Source of the DNA: Faecalimonas sp.
Lineage (GTDB): Bacteria; Bacillota; Clostridia; Lachnospirales; Lachnospiraceae
Direction: 5' to 3'
Assembly (NCBI GenBank): GCA_045650645.1
Contig: JAZRRJ010000026.1
Location: 4,704-68,703, forward strand
DNA: 64,000 nucleotides
Positions 1 through 10,539 of the stretch are shown one piece after another; position 1 is the first letter of the stretch, and every line of letters starts with the position of its first letter. A model generated the notes under the pieces. The model was given only the letters and a program-made list of their open reading frames with translations. It did no database searches and was not told the DNA's origin. Position numbers and translations under genes: made by a program.

Positions 1-1
1 T

Positions 2-1024
2 TGGATACAAAAAGCATTTTCACATATGGGATATACAGTTTTATTTGTGCCAGAGACCGCAACCGAGCTGATTACAGGTGGCGTTGCACCATGGACATGT
101 GGAACAAATGCGGAATATCAAAAATGCCAGATGAAGTTGCAGATTGAAAAAGAAAAGATCTTTGAGCAAGCGGCTCATACCATGAATGCAGAAAAGATTC
201 TCATTGTTTGCGACCGAGGAACTTTAGATAATAAAGCATATATGAATGACATAGAATTCGCAGAAACAATGCAGTCTATACACTCCAATGAGGTGGAATT
301 ACGGGATAATTACGATGCAGTATTCCATTTAGTCACAGCAGCAAAGGGAGCCGAAGAATTTTATACAACAGCAAACAATTCTGCTCGAACCGAAACGGCT
401 GAAGAAGCAGCGGCATTGGATGACAAGTTAATTGCAGCGTGGACAGGGCATCCACATTTACGTGTGATTGATAATACCTCATCATTTGAAGATAAGATGA
501 AGAAGTTGATTGTAGAGATTGCGTCCTTCTTGGGGGAACCGGAACCTTATGAGATTGAACGTAAATATTTGATTGAGTATCCGGATATCAAGTGGCTTGA
601 GACGCATCCTTCTTGTGAACGTGTAGAGATTATTCAAACGTATCTCAATAGTGCAGCGGGTGAAGAAGTTCGTGTACGTCAGCGCGGTGCAGATGGGAAT
701 TATATTTATTTCCAGACGATTAAGAAAAACGTTTCTAGCATGAAACGTGTAGAAATAGAGAGTCGCCTTTCACAAGAAGAATACATCAAACTTCTCATGG
801 AAGCAGATACAACAAAAAGACAGATTCGTAAGACGAGATATTGTCTTACACATGAAAATCAGTATTTTGAAATTGATGTGTATCCGTTCTGGAGTGACAA
901 AGCAATTGTTGAAATTGAATTGAGCGATGAGAATGCTCCGATTGTTTTCCCGGAGCAGATAAAAGTAATAAAAGAAGTAACGGATGATGATTCATACAAG
1001 AATGCATCATTAGCTAAAATTTAA
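2..1024 (+). CDS. P-loop kinase (AAA_28/NadR-Ttd14-like) fused to a C-terminal CYTH domain; 5'-truncated by the window edge
   Basis: Frame is open from base 2 (WIQKAFSHMGYTVLFVPETATEL). Contains CDRGTLD and YDAVFHLVTAA kinase-type motifs, then the CYTH signature EIERKYL ... IRKTRY ... FEIDVY ... VEIEL. Walker A lies upstream of the window. Confidence 0.75.
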   Translation, partial: WIQKAFSHMGYTVLFVPETATELITGGVAPWTCGTNAEYQKCQMKLQIEKEKIFEQAAHTMNAEKILIVCDRGTLDNKAYMNDIEFAETMQSIHSNEVELRDNYDAVFHLVTAAKGAEEFYTTANNSARTETAEEAAALDDKLIAAWTGHPHLRVIDNTSSFEDKMKKLIVEIASFLGEPEPYEIERKYLIEYPDIKWLETHPSCERVEIIQTYLNSAAGEEVRVRQRGADGNYIYFQTIKKNVSSMKRVEIESRLSQEEYIKLLMEADTTKRQIRKTRYCLTHENQYFEIDVYPFWSDKAIVEIELSDENAPIVFPEQIKVIKEVTDDDSYKNASLAKI

Positions 1025-1035
1025 GGAGAAATTGT

Positions 1036-1911
1036 ATGGAAACGCGTTGGTTACACACTACTAGTGAAAACTTTGAAATATTGCGAACTGCATCTAAGGA
1101 TACATGTCTCATTCCTATGGGATGTGTGGAAAAACATGGACTACATTTGCCGTTGGGAACAGATATCTTACAAGCTAGCAAAATTGCTTATATGGCATCT
1201 CAGATGGAGACCGTTTGTGTATTTCCAGATTTTACATTTGGAGATATCTCTGAAAACACGAGAACTGCACCGCCAGGAAATGTGGTGATGCCAGTCGAAT
1301 TGGAGATGCAACTTTTGGAAACGTTTTGCGAACAGATTGCCCGCAACGGATTTAAGAAAATTATGATTTATAATGGCCATGGAGGCAATGTTTCTTGGCT
1401 TTCCACATTCCTTCGAAAAGTTGAAAATAAGCCGCATGATTATGTGTTAGTTAATGTGAATATTAAATGCGATATTATGGGGCGAATGGCGCGAGAATTA
1501 GAAAAACAAGGAAGCGGACATTTTCCAGAATTGATTCCAGAAGATGAAGAACTCATTTTAGAGGTTGGAAACAAGAAGATAAAAGATGGACATTGTGGAT
1601 ATACAGAGACGGCTTATATTTATGGTTCGTATCCTGAATGTGTTCATATGGAAAAACTCGGACTTATCAGTGGGAAAAGTCGAAACCTAACAGGGGCTTA
1701 TAAAGGAGCGGGCATTCAGATTCGAGATCATGGATGGGGCATAAATTTCCCGAATTGGATGGATAGTGACGACCCTGTTGGATGTAATGAAAGAATCGGA
1801 AAGACTGCATTGCAGATAGAAGCTGAGAGACTTGCAAATGCGATTAAGATTATAAAAGAAGATAAGAATCTTATTAAATGGCATAATGAGATGTGGGGAA
1901 CAAAAATATAG
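1036..1911 (+). CDS. creatininase family amidohydrolase
   Basis: Motifs GCVEKHGLHLPLGTD, NGHGGN and GHCGYTET; RBS aaggag. Confidence 0.85.
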   Translation: METRWLHTTSENFEILRTASKDTCLIPMGCVEKHGLHLPLGTDILQASKIAYMASQMETVCVFPDFTFGDISENTRTAPPGNVVMPVELEMQLLETFCEQIARNGFKKIMIYNGHGGNVSWLSTFLRKVENKPHDYVLVNVNIKCDIMGRMARELEKQGSGHFPELIPEDEELILEVGNKKIKDGHCGYTETAYIYGSYPECVHMEKLGLISGKSRNLTGAYKGAGIQIRDHGWGINFPNWMDSDDPVGCNERIGKTALQIEAERLANAIKIIKEDKNLIKWHNEMWGTKI

Positions 1912-1934
1912 AAGGATGCATTGCATCCTTCTAT
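1908..1934. terminator. likely bidirectional terminator hairpin between convergent genes
   Basis: atagaaggatgca-t-tgcatccttctat inverted repeat. Confidence 0.7.
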
Positions 1935-2434
1935 TATTTTACTTCATATTCAAGAATGAAATCGTCCATAACAAAGCCATTTCCGATATCCGTTACTTCC
2001 TCGCGCACCTTTTTAAATCCTAAGCGTTCGTAGACAGCAAGAGAGCTGACGTTGTTGCGATTACATGTAAGCCAAATCTTCTTAAGATTTCTCAACTTAC
2101 AAATCTCCACAAATTTTTGGAACATGTATTTTCCAATGCCTTTTCCTCGGAATTCTTTATCCACATATAATTTGCTTAAGAATAGTTCTCCATCTTTTTC
2201 TAAAATGGAAGCAAATCCTGCAAAAGTGTAATCGTATGAGAATAAGAAGTATTCATATCCAGAATTGATTTGCTCTACGATAGCGTCTGGTGACAAGAAT
2301 TTTTCCACCATATATTCAACCTGTTCTGTGCCGATAATAGGGGTATAGTGTTCTTCCCAAATTGCTTCGGCAACTGCGTATACAGAGTAAACCAGTTCCA
2401 TATTTGTAACAGGCATAATTCTTAATGCTTTCAT
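1934..2434 (-). CDS. GNAT family N-acetyltransferase
   Basis: LSKLYV..FRGKGIG acetyl-CoA motif and N..SLAVYERLGF. Start moved to MKALRIM at 2434 because of RBS GGAGGA at 2445-2450 on the minus strand. Confidence 0.85.
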   Translation of the reverse strand: MKALRIMPVTNMELVYSVYAVAEAIWEEHYTPIIGTEQVEYMVEKFLSPDAIVEQINSGYEYFLFSYDYTFAGFASILEKDGELFLSKLYVDKEFRGKGIGKYMFQKFVEICKLRNLKKIWLTCNRNNVSSLAVYERLGFKKVREEVTDIGNGFVMDDFILEYEVK

Positions 2435-2546
2435 AAGTAAAGTATCCTCCGTAAATTTATAATTGTTTAATAAATGTATTCTATCACGGAATGGAATCTT
2501 ATGGTATAATAAAATGCAGAAAAAACAGCAAAAGGAGAAATAAGAC

Positions 2547-4538
2547 ATGACAGTAAAACACGGAAGTCTTTCCATTAACAGCGAAAACATTTTCCCAATT
2601 ATTAAAAAATGGATGTATTCAGATCATGATATTTTTATAAGAGAGTTAATTTCAAATGGTTGTGATGCAATTACTAAATTGAAAAAATTGGATATGATGG
2701 GCGAATACCAGATGCCAGACGACTACAAGGCTAGCATTCAAGTGGTGGTAAATCCAGAAGAAAAAACATTAAAATTCATCGATACAGGTTTAGGAATGAC
2801 TGCAGAAGAGGTAGAAGAATATATTACTCAGATTGCATTTTCCGGAGCTACAGAATTTTTAGAAAAGTACAAAGACAAGACGACAGAGGACGATATGATT
2901 GGACACTTTGGTCTTGGATTTTATTCGGCATTTATGGTGGCAGAAGAGGTGCATATTGATACGTTGTCGTACAAGGAAGGTGCCACAGCGGTTCATTGGA
3001 CCTGCGATGGTGGGACAGAGTATGATATGGAAGAAGGGGATAAAGAAACGATAGGAACTTCCATCACCCTCTTTTTGAATGAAGACAGTGTTGAATTTTC
3101 AAATGAATATCGTGTGAGAGAAGTGATTGAAAAATATTGTTCTTTTATGCCTGTTCCGATTTATCTTTCAAAAGAAAATGCAGAGCAAGAATATGAGACC
3201 ATCATGGCCGACGAAGTGACGGAAGATGATGTGGTGGTAGAACATATTCATGAGGATGCAAAAACAGAAGAAAAAGATGGCGAGATTGTTGAAATTGAAC
3301 CGGCATGTGACAAAGTAAAAATCAATAAACGTCCGGTTGCATTAAACGATACGACGCCACTTTGGGCAAAACATCCAAATGAGTGCGATAAGGATGATTA
3401 TATAGGATTCTATCGCAAAGTATTTATGGATTATAAGGAACCATTATTCTGGATTCATTTAAATATGGATTATCCATTTAACTTAAAAGGAATTCTATAT
3501 TTCCCAAAAATCAATTCAGAATATGATTCTGTAGAAGGTAAGATTAAGTTATACAATAATCAAGTATTTATTGCAGACAATATCAAAGAAGTGATTCCAG
3601 AATTCTTAATGGTATTAAAAGGTGTGATCGATTGTCCAGACTTACCGCTCAATGTTTCTCGTAGTGCGTTACAAAATGATGGGTTTGTAAATAAAATTTC
3701 AGAATATATTTCGAAAAAAGTGGCAGACAAGCTTTCGGGAATGTGTAAGACTGACAAAGAAACCTATGAGAGTTATTGGGATGACATCAGTCCATTTATC
3801 AAATTTGGTTGCCTGAAGGACAATAAGTTCTGTGATAAGATGAGCGACTATATGTTGTTCAAAAATTTAGAGCACAAGTATTTGACCATGAAAGAATGTG
3901 TAGAGAAAAATGGTGGAGAAGATGCCAAAGAAGTAACCATTTATTATGTAACAGATGAGCAACAACAAAGTCAGTATATCAATATGTTTAAAGCAGAAGG
4001 AATGGATGCGGTGATTCTCACACATAATATTGATACTCCATTTATTAGTCAGTTAGAACAGCGAAATGAAAACGTGAAGTTCCAACGTATTGACGCAGAC
4101 TTGACAGAGACATTTAAGCAAGAAGTAGGAGAAGACGAAGAAGAAACTTTCAAGACGAATACAGAGACTTTGACAGAAATTTTCAAAAAAGCTTTAGAAA
4201 AAGAGAACTTAGATGTAAAAGTAGAAAAATTAAAGAATGAAACGGTAGCATCTATGATGACACTTTCTGAAGAGTCTCGTCGTATGCAAGATATGATGAA
4301 GATGTATGGTATGATGGGAATGGATCCAAGCATGTTTGGACCGGATGTGACATTAGTATTAAATGCAAATCATCCGTTGGTACAATATGTGCTCGAACAC
4401 AAAGAAGGGGAGCATACCACATTGTTCTGTAAGCAATTATACGATTTGGCATTGTTAGGAAATAAACCATTGAGTCCACAAGAAATGACAGAGTTTATAA
4501 AGCGAAGCAATGAGATTATGCTGTTACTTGCAAAATAG
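2547..4538 (+). CDS. htpG: molecular chaperone HtpG (Hsp90)
   Basis: IFIRELISNGCDA, DTGLGMT, IGHFGLGFYSAF and LPLNVSR motifs; extended -10 TGgTATAAT at 2502-2510. Confidence 0.96.
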   Translation: MTVKHGSLSINSENIFPIIKKWMYSDHDIFIRELISNGCDAITKLKKLDMMGEYQMPDDYKASIQVVVNPEEKTLKFIDTGLGMTAEEVEEYITQIAFSGATEFLEKYKDKTTEDDMIGHFGLGFYSAFMVAEEVHIDTLSYKEGATAVHWTCDGGTEYDMEEGDKETIGTSITLFLNEDSVEFSNEYRVREVIEKYCSFMPVPIYLSKENAEQEYETIMADEVTEDDVVVEHIHEDAKTEEKDGEIVEIEPACDKVKINKRPVALNDTTPLWAKHPNECDKDDYIGFYRKVFMDYKEPLFWIHLNMDYPFNLKGILYFPKINSEYDSVEGKIKLYNNQVFIADNIKEVIPEFLMVLKGVIDCPDLPLNVSRSALQNDGFVNKISEYISKKVADKLSGMCKTDKETYESYWDDISPFIKFGCLKDNKFCDKMSDYMLFKNLEHKYLTMKECVEKNGGEDAKEVTIYYVTDEQQQSQYINMFKAEGMDAVILTHNIDTPFISQLEQRNENVKFQRIDADLTETFKQEVGEDEEETFKTNTETLTEIFKKALEKENLDVKVEKLKNETVASMMTLSEESRRMQDMMKMYGMMGMDPSMFGPDVTLVLNANHPLVQYVLEHKEGEHTTLFCKQLYDLALLGNKPLSPQEMTEFIKRSNEIMLLLAK

Positions 4539-4544
4539 AAAAAG

Positions 4545-4574
4545 AGCTGTAGCAAATGTTGCTACAGCTTTTTT
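4545..4574. terminator. intrinsic terminator after htpG (probably bidirectional)
   Basis: agctgtagcaa-atg-ttgctacagct followed by a T-tract. Confidence 0.8.
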
Positions 4575-4582
4575 GAATGTTT

Positions 4583-5071
4583 TTATAAGAGTTGGAAAGG
4601 AATTTCTTTCTGTGTGAAAAATTTTTGTACCATGACGTCCCATGCTTGTTCCAAAGATTTATCCATGGTAAAAAGTGTCATGGCTGTTCCAGTCACACAT
4701 TGTAATTTTTGACCGTCAAATTTTAAATTTATGTATAAGCCACGAACATCTTCCAACTCAAAATCCAGTCCTTGTTGTTGAATCAGTTTTTCAATATTTG
4801 ATTCAGATAAACCAAGAACAAATTTGAAATTGAGCGGTGTCTTTTTTCCTTTAATGAGAGAAAAGAAATGCTCGCGCATATCCTTCCAAAGGGAATAGTC
4901 TAACTTTGGAATTTCATTTTCGGCATAGAATTCTTTGTGTAGATAGCCGTCTATATGAAAGGTATTAAATGTGGTGACTTCACCCTCCACAAACAGAAAC
5001 GAATCAAATGTTTCCGATAATAATAATTTTGACATGCATTCTTTGACTTCTGTCAGTGATAAAGCAATCAT
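4583..5071 (-). CDS. conserved hypothetical protein (DUF5721-like)
   Basis: 162-aa ORF with RBS ggagg; resembles a conserved Lachnospiraceae family as recalled. Confidence 0.6.
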   Translation of the reverse strand: MIALSLTEVKECMSKLLLSETFDSFLFVEGEVTTFNTFHIDGYLHKEFYAENEIPKLDYSLWKDMREHFFSLIKGKKTPLNFKFVLGLSESNIEKLIQQQGLDFELEDVRGLYINLKFDGQKLQCVTGTAMTLFTMDKSLEQAWDVMVQKFFTQKEIPFQLL

Positions 5072-5176
5072 GCATGGACCTCCTTTGTATAAAATACTTC
5101 TTATATTGAAATGATATTACCATATTTTATAGTATAACAGATACTTGGAAAAAATACATTCTGTTTTTGCGAAACG

Positions 5177-5205
5177 TTGACTTTTGAGTGGCAAAACAGT
5201 ATGAT
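5177..5205 (+). promoter_or_regulatory. sigmaA promoter of the aminopeptidase-rluF-ligA-trx cluster
   Basis: TTGACT-17bp-TATGAT. Confidence 0.65.
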
Positions 5206-5234
5206 GAAAAGTAGAGTAATAGGGAGAAAATAGA

Positions 5235-6518
5235 ATGAAAAATATAGAACAATTATTTGAATTTATAGAGAATGCAACATCACCATTTCATACCGTAAAA
5301 GCAACAAAAGAACAATTGGTGGAAGCAGGATTCCAAGAACTTTTATTGAATGAGAATTGGGACTTGGAAAAGGGCGGAAGATACTTTTTGGTCCATCATG
5401 GTTCTAGTATTTTTGCATTTACAGTTGGCGCGGATTTTCGCCCGGAAGATGGATTTCGAATTGTGGCCTCACACGGAGATTTCCCGGGATTTCGCATCAA
5501 GCCAAATGCAGAAATGAAACAGGGCGGTTATTTGCAATTAAATACTGAAACCTATGGCGGAGCGATTCTTTCGACTTGGATGGACCGACCATTATCTGTG
5601 GCTGGACGTGTGGTCTTAAAATCAGACGATGTATTTCATCCAGACGTTCGTTTGGTCGATTTCAAAAAGCCGATATTGATGATTCCAAATTTGGCGATTC
5701 ATTTCAATCGTGAAGTCAATAAAGGGGTGGAATTGAAAAAACAGGTAGATATGGTGCCAATCTACGGAGTGGATTCTGAACAGGTGGAAACACAAACATT
5801 TATGAGCTACTTGGCAAAGGCACTAGATGTAAATGTTGATGAAATTTTAGATTACGAATTAACTATTTACAATACAGACAAAGCAACTTTAGTGGGAACG
5901 GAAGATGCATTTATTTCAGCGCCAAGATTGGATAACTTGAGTTCATCCCAAGCGTTGATTGAGGGGATTACAAAAGGAACTAGAAGTCAAGGTTTGAATA
6001 TGATGATTATCTTTGACCACGAGGAGATTGGAAGCAGAAGTAAACAAGGTGCGGCATCTACTTTATTGAATGTCATTTTAGAAAAAATATATGATTCACT
6101 TCATTTCACCAGAATGGATTTTGTAAATGCATTGGAAGAGAGTTTGATGATTTCAGCAGACGTCAGTCATGCATATCATCCAAACTATGCGTCCAAATAT
6201 GATCCGACAAATCGAAATGTAATCAATTGCGGTTTCGCGGTTAAAGAAGCGTCATCGCAAAGTTATGCTACGGATAGCGAAGCGATAGGAATCGTGCAAC
6301 AGATTTGTGAAAAAGAGGGAATTCCCTATCAAAAATTTGTCAATCATGCAGATATGATAGGAGGCGGAACTCTGGGTGCAATTTCGTCAGCCATGCTTCC
6401 AATCCGTACAGTAGATATAGGAATCCCAATATTGGCAATGCACTCAAGCAGAGAGACGATGGGTGTGGAGGACTATAAAGGTTTCGTTGCGTTTATGACA
6501 GCATTTTTTAAACTATAG
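5235..6518 (+). CDS. M18 family aspartyl aminopeptidase
   Basis: SPFH, SHGDFPG, TWMDRPL, RLDNL, DHEEIGS, SADVSHA and LAMHS motifs. Confidence 0.92.
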   Translation: MKNIEQLFEFIENATSPFHTVKATKEQLVEAGFQELLLNENWDLEKGGRYFLVHHGSSIFAFTVGADFRPEDGFRIVASHGDFPGFRIKPNAEMKQGGYLQLNTETYGGAILSTWMDRPLSVAGRVVLKSDDVFHPDVRLVDFKKPILMIPNLAIHFNREVNKGVELKKQVDMVPIYGVDSEQVETQTFMSYLAKALDVNVDEILDYELTIYNTDKATLVGTEDAFISAPRLDNLSSSQALIEGITKGTRSQGLNMMIIFDHEEIGSRSKQGAASTLLNVILEKIYDSLHFTRMDFVNALEESLMISADVSHAYHPNYASKYDPTNRNVINCGFAVKEASSQSYATDSEAIGIVQQICEKEGIPYQKFVNHADMIGGGTLGAISSAMLPIRTVDIGIPILAMHSSRETMGVEDYKGFVAFMTAFFKL

Positions 6519-6526
6519 GAGAAGGT

Positions 6527-7300
6527 ATGGAAATACGTTTGAATAAATATTTAAGCGAAGCAGGCGTTTGTTCCCGTCGGGAGGCAGACCGACTGATTGA
6601 AAGCGGAAAAGTGACGGTGGATGGGAAACGTGCCGAGATGGGCATGAAAATTTCTGAGTCACAAGTTGTGCGAGTGGGAAAGAAAGAGATTCAACCTAAA
6701 AATGAGATGGTGCTCTTGGCAGTGAATAAACCAGTTGGAATCGTTTGTACAGAAGAGAAAAAAGAGAAGAATAACATCATTCGTTTCTTGGATTATCCGA
6801 CCAGAATTACTTATATTGGACGACTGGATAAAGATTCGGAAGGATTACTCTTGATGACCAATAATGGAGACATCATTAATAAAATGATGCGTTCAGGAAA
6901 TCAGCACGAAAAAGAATATAAGGTAACGGTGAATAAGCCGATTACCTCAGAGTTTATTGAAAGAATGGCAAATGGAATCCCGATTTTGGATACCGTCACA
7001 AGAAAGTGTGAAGTTGAAATGATTGGGAAATATAAATTTCGTATCGTGTTGACCCAGGGGCTGAATCGCCAGATTCGACGAATGTGCGAATATTTGGGCT
7101 ATAAAGTGACTCGCTTAGAGCGAATTCGTGTAATGAATATTGAATTGGGAAATTTGAGGCCAGGCGAGATGCGAAAGGTAACAGAAGAAGAGATTGCCCA
7201 GCTTTATGAATTGATTAAAGATTCTTCAAATGAGACAGTGAGGATAGAAGATGGAACAGAAAAAGCAGCGCATGCAAGAATTGGTAGAATTATTAAATAA
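6527..7300 (+). CDS. rluF: S4-domain rRNA pseudouridine synthase (RluF/RsuA family)
   Basis: RLNKYLSEAGVCSRREAD S4 domain, GRLDKDSEGLL catalytic motif, QGLNRQIRRM. Confidence 0.85.
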   Translation: MEIRLNKYLSEAGVCSRREADRLIESGKVTVDGKRAEMGMKISESQVVRVGKKEIQPKNEMVLLAVNKPVGIVCTEEKKEKNNIIRFLDYPTRITYIGRLDKDSEGLLLMTNNGDIINKMMRSGNQHEKEYKVTVNKPITSEFIERMANGIPILDTVTRKCEVEMIGKYKFRIVLTQGLNRQIRRMCEYLGYKVTRLERIRVMNIELGNLRPGEMRKVTEEEIAQLYELIKDSSNETVRIEDGTEKAAHARIGRIIK

Positions 7301-9203
7301 AGCCTCGAGAGCATATTATCAGGAAGCAACTGAAATTATGAGTAATTTCGAGTATGATAGGCTTTATGATGAATTACTTGCATTGGAAAGCGAGTTAGGT
7401 ATTGTGATGGCAAACAGCCCAACAGTCAATGTAGGGTATGAAGTTTTGAGTGAACTTCCAAAGGAACGACATGAGAAACCAATGTTATCATTAGATAAGA
7501 CAAAAGAGATTTCAAGATTGAAAGAGTTCTTAGGCGAGCAAAGAGCATTTCTTTCTTGGAAATTAGATGGTCTTACCATTGTGTTGACTTATCGCGGCGG
7601 AAGGTTGGAGAAAGCAGTAACCAGAGGAAATGGAGAAATTGGTGAAGTTATTACAAACAATGCGAAGACCTTCAAAAATTTGCCGCTTCGAATTGCGTAT
7701 CAGGGAGAATTGATTTTACGTGGGGAAGCAGTCATTGGTTATCAAGATTTTGAAAAGATCAATGAAGAAATCGAAGATGTAGATGCAAAATACAAAAATC
7801 CAAGAAATCTTTGCAGTGGCTCTGTTCGTCAATTGAATAATGAAATTACAGCCAAACGAAATGTGCAGTTTTTTGCATTTTCTTTGGTGCAAGCAGAAAA
7901 TGTAGATTTTCACAATTCCAGAATTTTCCAAATGCAATGGTTGAAAGAGCAAGGATTTGATGTCGTAGAAGGATATGAAGTTACTGCAGATACGATTGAA
8001 GAAAAAGTAGCGTATTTTGCAAAACAGATTGAACATAATGATTTTCCGTCAGATGGTTTGGTGCTAGTATATGATGATATTGCATATGGTCAGTCTTTAG
8101 GAAGGACATCAAAGTTTCCGAGAGACTCCTTTGCTTTTAAATGGGCGGACGAGGTTCGCGAGACCACACTCTTAGAAATTGAGTGGAGCCCTTCTAGAAC
8201 CGGTCTAATCAATCCAGTTGCCATTTTTGAACCGGTAGAATTAGAGGGTACAACAGTTAGCAGAGCCAGTGTTCATAATATTAGTATTATGGAGGAATTG
8301 GAACTCGGAATTGGAGATAAAATAGAAGTATACAAAGCGAATATGATCATTCCACAGATTGCTTCGAATCTAACAAGAAGTGGTGTAAAAGATATCCCAA
8401 CAGAGTGTCCAATCTGCCATGGAAAAACAGAAATCCGACAAATAAGTGATGCAAGAGCACTCTATTGTACCAATGAGGAATGTGGTGCAAAGCATTTGAA
8501 ATCGTTTGCGTTGTTTGTCAGTCGTGATGCATTGAATATGGATGGACTTTCAGAAGCAACATTGGAAAAGTTTATCGCAAAAGGATTTATTCATGTTTAT
8601 TCTGACATCTTTCATTTGGAACGATATGAGGAAGAAATTAAGAGCATGGAAGGTTTTGGAGAGAAGTCTTACATCAATTTGCAAAAGAGTATTGAAGCAT
8701 CAAGGATAACTACGTTGCCACGCTTGATTTATGGGCTTGGCATTGCCAATATAGGTCTTGCAAATGCAAAGGTGATTTGCAAAGAATTTCATTATGATAT
8801 TGAAAAAATGATTCATTTAACAGAAGAAGAATTAAGTGAAGTGTCAGGAATCGGTCCAGTCATTGCAAGAGCTTATGTAGAATATTTTGCAGAAGAAAAG
8901 CATGTACAGGAATTGAAAAAGCTTTTGGATGAATTGACAATTCCACAGGAAGTGAATACAGAAGAACAGATTTTTGAAAACCTGACTTTTGTTATTACAG
9001 GAAGTGTGGCGCATTTTGCAAATCGAAATGAAGTCAAAGAGGTCATAGAGAGCAAGGGTGGAAAAGTGACAGGCTCTGTAACCGCAAAGACCAATTATCT
9101 GATTAACAATGATGTGAATTCTACATCATCAAAGAATAAAAAAGCCAAAGAACTTGGCATTCCGATTCTTACAGAAGAAGAGTTTTTGAATATGTTAGGG
9201 TAA
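7251..9203 (+). CDS. ligA: NAD-dependent DNA ligase
   Basis: KLDG adenylation motif, TRGNG, zinc-finger cysteines, C-terminal BRCT (FVITG...SVTAKT). Confidence 0.96.
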   Translation: MEQKKQRMQELVELLNKASRAYYQEATEIMSNFEYDRLYDELLALESELGIVMANSPTVNVGYEVLSELPKERHEKPMLSLDKTKEISRLKEFLGEQRAFLSWKLDGLTIVLTYRGGRLEKAVTRGNGEIGEVITNNAKTFKNLPLRIAYQGELILRGEAVIGYQDFEKINEEIEDVDAKYKNPRNLCSGSVRQLNNEITAKRNVQFFAFSLVQAENVDFHNSRIFQMQWLKEQGFDVVEGYEVTADTIEEKVAYFAKQIEHNDFPSDGLVLVYDDIAYGQSLGRTSKFPRDSFAFKWADEVRETTLLEIEWSPSRTGLINPVAIFEPVELEGTTVSRASVHNISIMEELELGIGDKIEVYKANMIIPQIASNLTRSGVKDIPTECPICHGKTEIRQISDARALYCTNEECGAKHLKSFALFVSRDALNMDGLSEATLEKFIAKGFIHVYSDIFHLERYEEEIKSMEGFGEKSYINLQKSIEASRITTLPRLIYGLGIANIGLANAKVICKEFHYDIEKMIHLTEEELSEVSGIGPVIARAYVEYFAEEKHVQELKKLLDELTIPQEVNTEEQIFENLTFVITGSVAHFANRNEVKEVIESKGGKVTGSVTAKTNYLINNDVNSTSSKNKKAKELGIPILTEEEFLNMLG

Positions 9204-9221
9204 AAAAAGGAGTGGAAAGAT

Positions 9222-9545
9222 ATGTTGAAAATCACAGGTCAAAATTTTGAGCAAGAAGTATTACAAGCTGATTTGCCAGTGTTGGTAGATTTCTATGCGG
9301 ATTGGTGTATGCCATGTAAAATGTTCGCCCCAACGTTGGAAACATTAGCAGAAGAATGGGAAGGAAAGTTAAAAGTTGTAAAATTAAATGTGGACGAGGC
9401 GACTCCATTGGCACAAAAATATCGTGTAATGAGCATTCCGACATTGAAGTTGTTTACTGGAGATACAGAACCAAGAGCAACATTCGTAGGGGCAATGTCA
9501 ATGGAAGAGATGGAAGAGTGGCTGAAAGAAAACGGAGTAGAATAG
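9222..9545 (+). CDS. trxA: thioredoxin
   Basis: VDFYADWCMPCK active site and cis-Pro motif SIPT. Confidence 0.92.
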   Translation: MLKITGQNFEQEVLQADLPVLVDFYADWCMPCKMFAPTLETLAEEWEGKLKVVKLNVDEATPLAQKYRVMSIPTLKLFTGDTEPRATFVGAMSMEEMEEWLKENGVE

Positions 9546-9554
9546 GAGAGTACC

Positions 9555-10475
9555 ATGGAAAATAATTGTTATGATGTAGTTGTAATCGGAGGAGGTCCAG
9601 GTGGATATTGTGCAGCACTTTATGCAGCAAGAGCAAATCTCAGCACATTGGTTATTGAAAAATTTGCACCGGGAGGACAGATGGCTACAACTGAGATTGT
9701 AGAAAATTATCCGGGATTTGTGGATGGAATCAATGGCTTTGAACTTGGCATGCAGATGAAAAAAGGTGCAGAACGCTTTGGTGTAAAGACAAAGTTGGCG
9801 GAAGTGAAGAGTGTAGAATTGGATAAAAATCCAAAACTGATTCATACCGCAAAGGACACATTTGAGGCAAAGACAGTGATTCTTGCTTTGGGAGCGTTTC
9901 CAAGAGAATTAGGACTGGAAAATGAAAGAAATCTGCGTGGACGCGGAATCTCTTATTGCGCAACTTGCGATGGAATGTTCTATCGTGATAAGACGGTTGT
10001 CATTGTAGGTGGAGGAAATACGGCTGTTGCAGATGCGATTTTCCTCGCTAAGATTTGTAAAAAAGTATACTTAGTACATCGTAGAGATGAGCTACGTGCA
10101 TCAAAAACATATATGGAATCACTCGAAAGAACGGAGAACATTGAATTCTTATGGAGCAGCGAAGTAATTGAGGTTCTAGAAGATGAATTTGTGACAGGTG
10201 TTAAGGTGAAGAATCGAAAAGACGATACTGTTCAAGTAGTGGCATGTGATGGCGTGTTTGTTGCCATTGGAAATATTCCAAACACAGATTTAATCAAAGG
10301 GCAGGTTGCATTAGATGACGCAGGATATGTTGTGGCAGATGAAACGACAAGAACGAATATCCCAGGTGTGTTTGCAGTAGGGGATATGCGTCAAAAACCA
10401 CTTCGTCAGATTGTAACAGCAGTAGCCGACGGTGCAGTTGCATCAAAGTATGCAGAGGAATTTATTGATTTATAG
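9555..10475 (+). CDS. trxB: thioredoxin-disulfide reductase
   Basis: GGGPGG, SYCATCDG, GGGNTA and FAVGD motifs. Confidence 0.96.
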   Translation: MENNCYDVVVIGGGPGGYCAALYAARANLSTLVIEKFAPGGQMATTEIVENYPGFVDGINGFELGMQMKKGAERFGVKTKLAEVKSVELDKNPKLIHTAKDTFEAKTVILALGAFPRELGLENERNLRGRGISYCATCDGMFYRDKTVVIVGGGNTAVADAIFLAKICKKVYLVHRRDELRASKTYMESLERTENIEFLWSSEVIEVLEDEFVTGVKVKNRKDDTVQVVACDGVFVAIGNIPNTDLIKGQVALDDAGYVVADETTRTNIPGVFAVGDMRQKPLRQIVTAVADGAVASKYAEEFIDL

Positions 10476-10479
10476 AGCC

Positions 10480-10508
10480 TTGACAAGGGTGAGTCCATCA
10501 GATATAAT
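10480..10508 (+). promoter_or_regulatory. consensus sigmaA promoter of ssrA
   Basis: Exact TTGACA-17bp-TATAAT. Confidence 0.9.
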
Positions 10509-10539
10509 TCAACTACGTTTGCGGACCAGATAGTCATTG

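Noticed and set aside
2435-2590. N-terminal extension of the GNAT ORF given in the track
   Set aside because: Overlaps the htpG promoter and start; a good RBS supports the start at 2434
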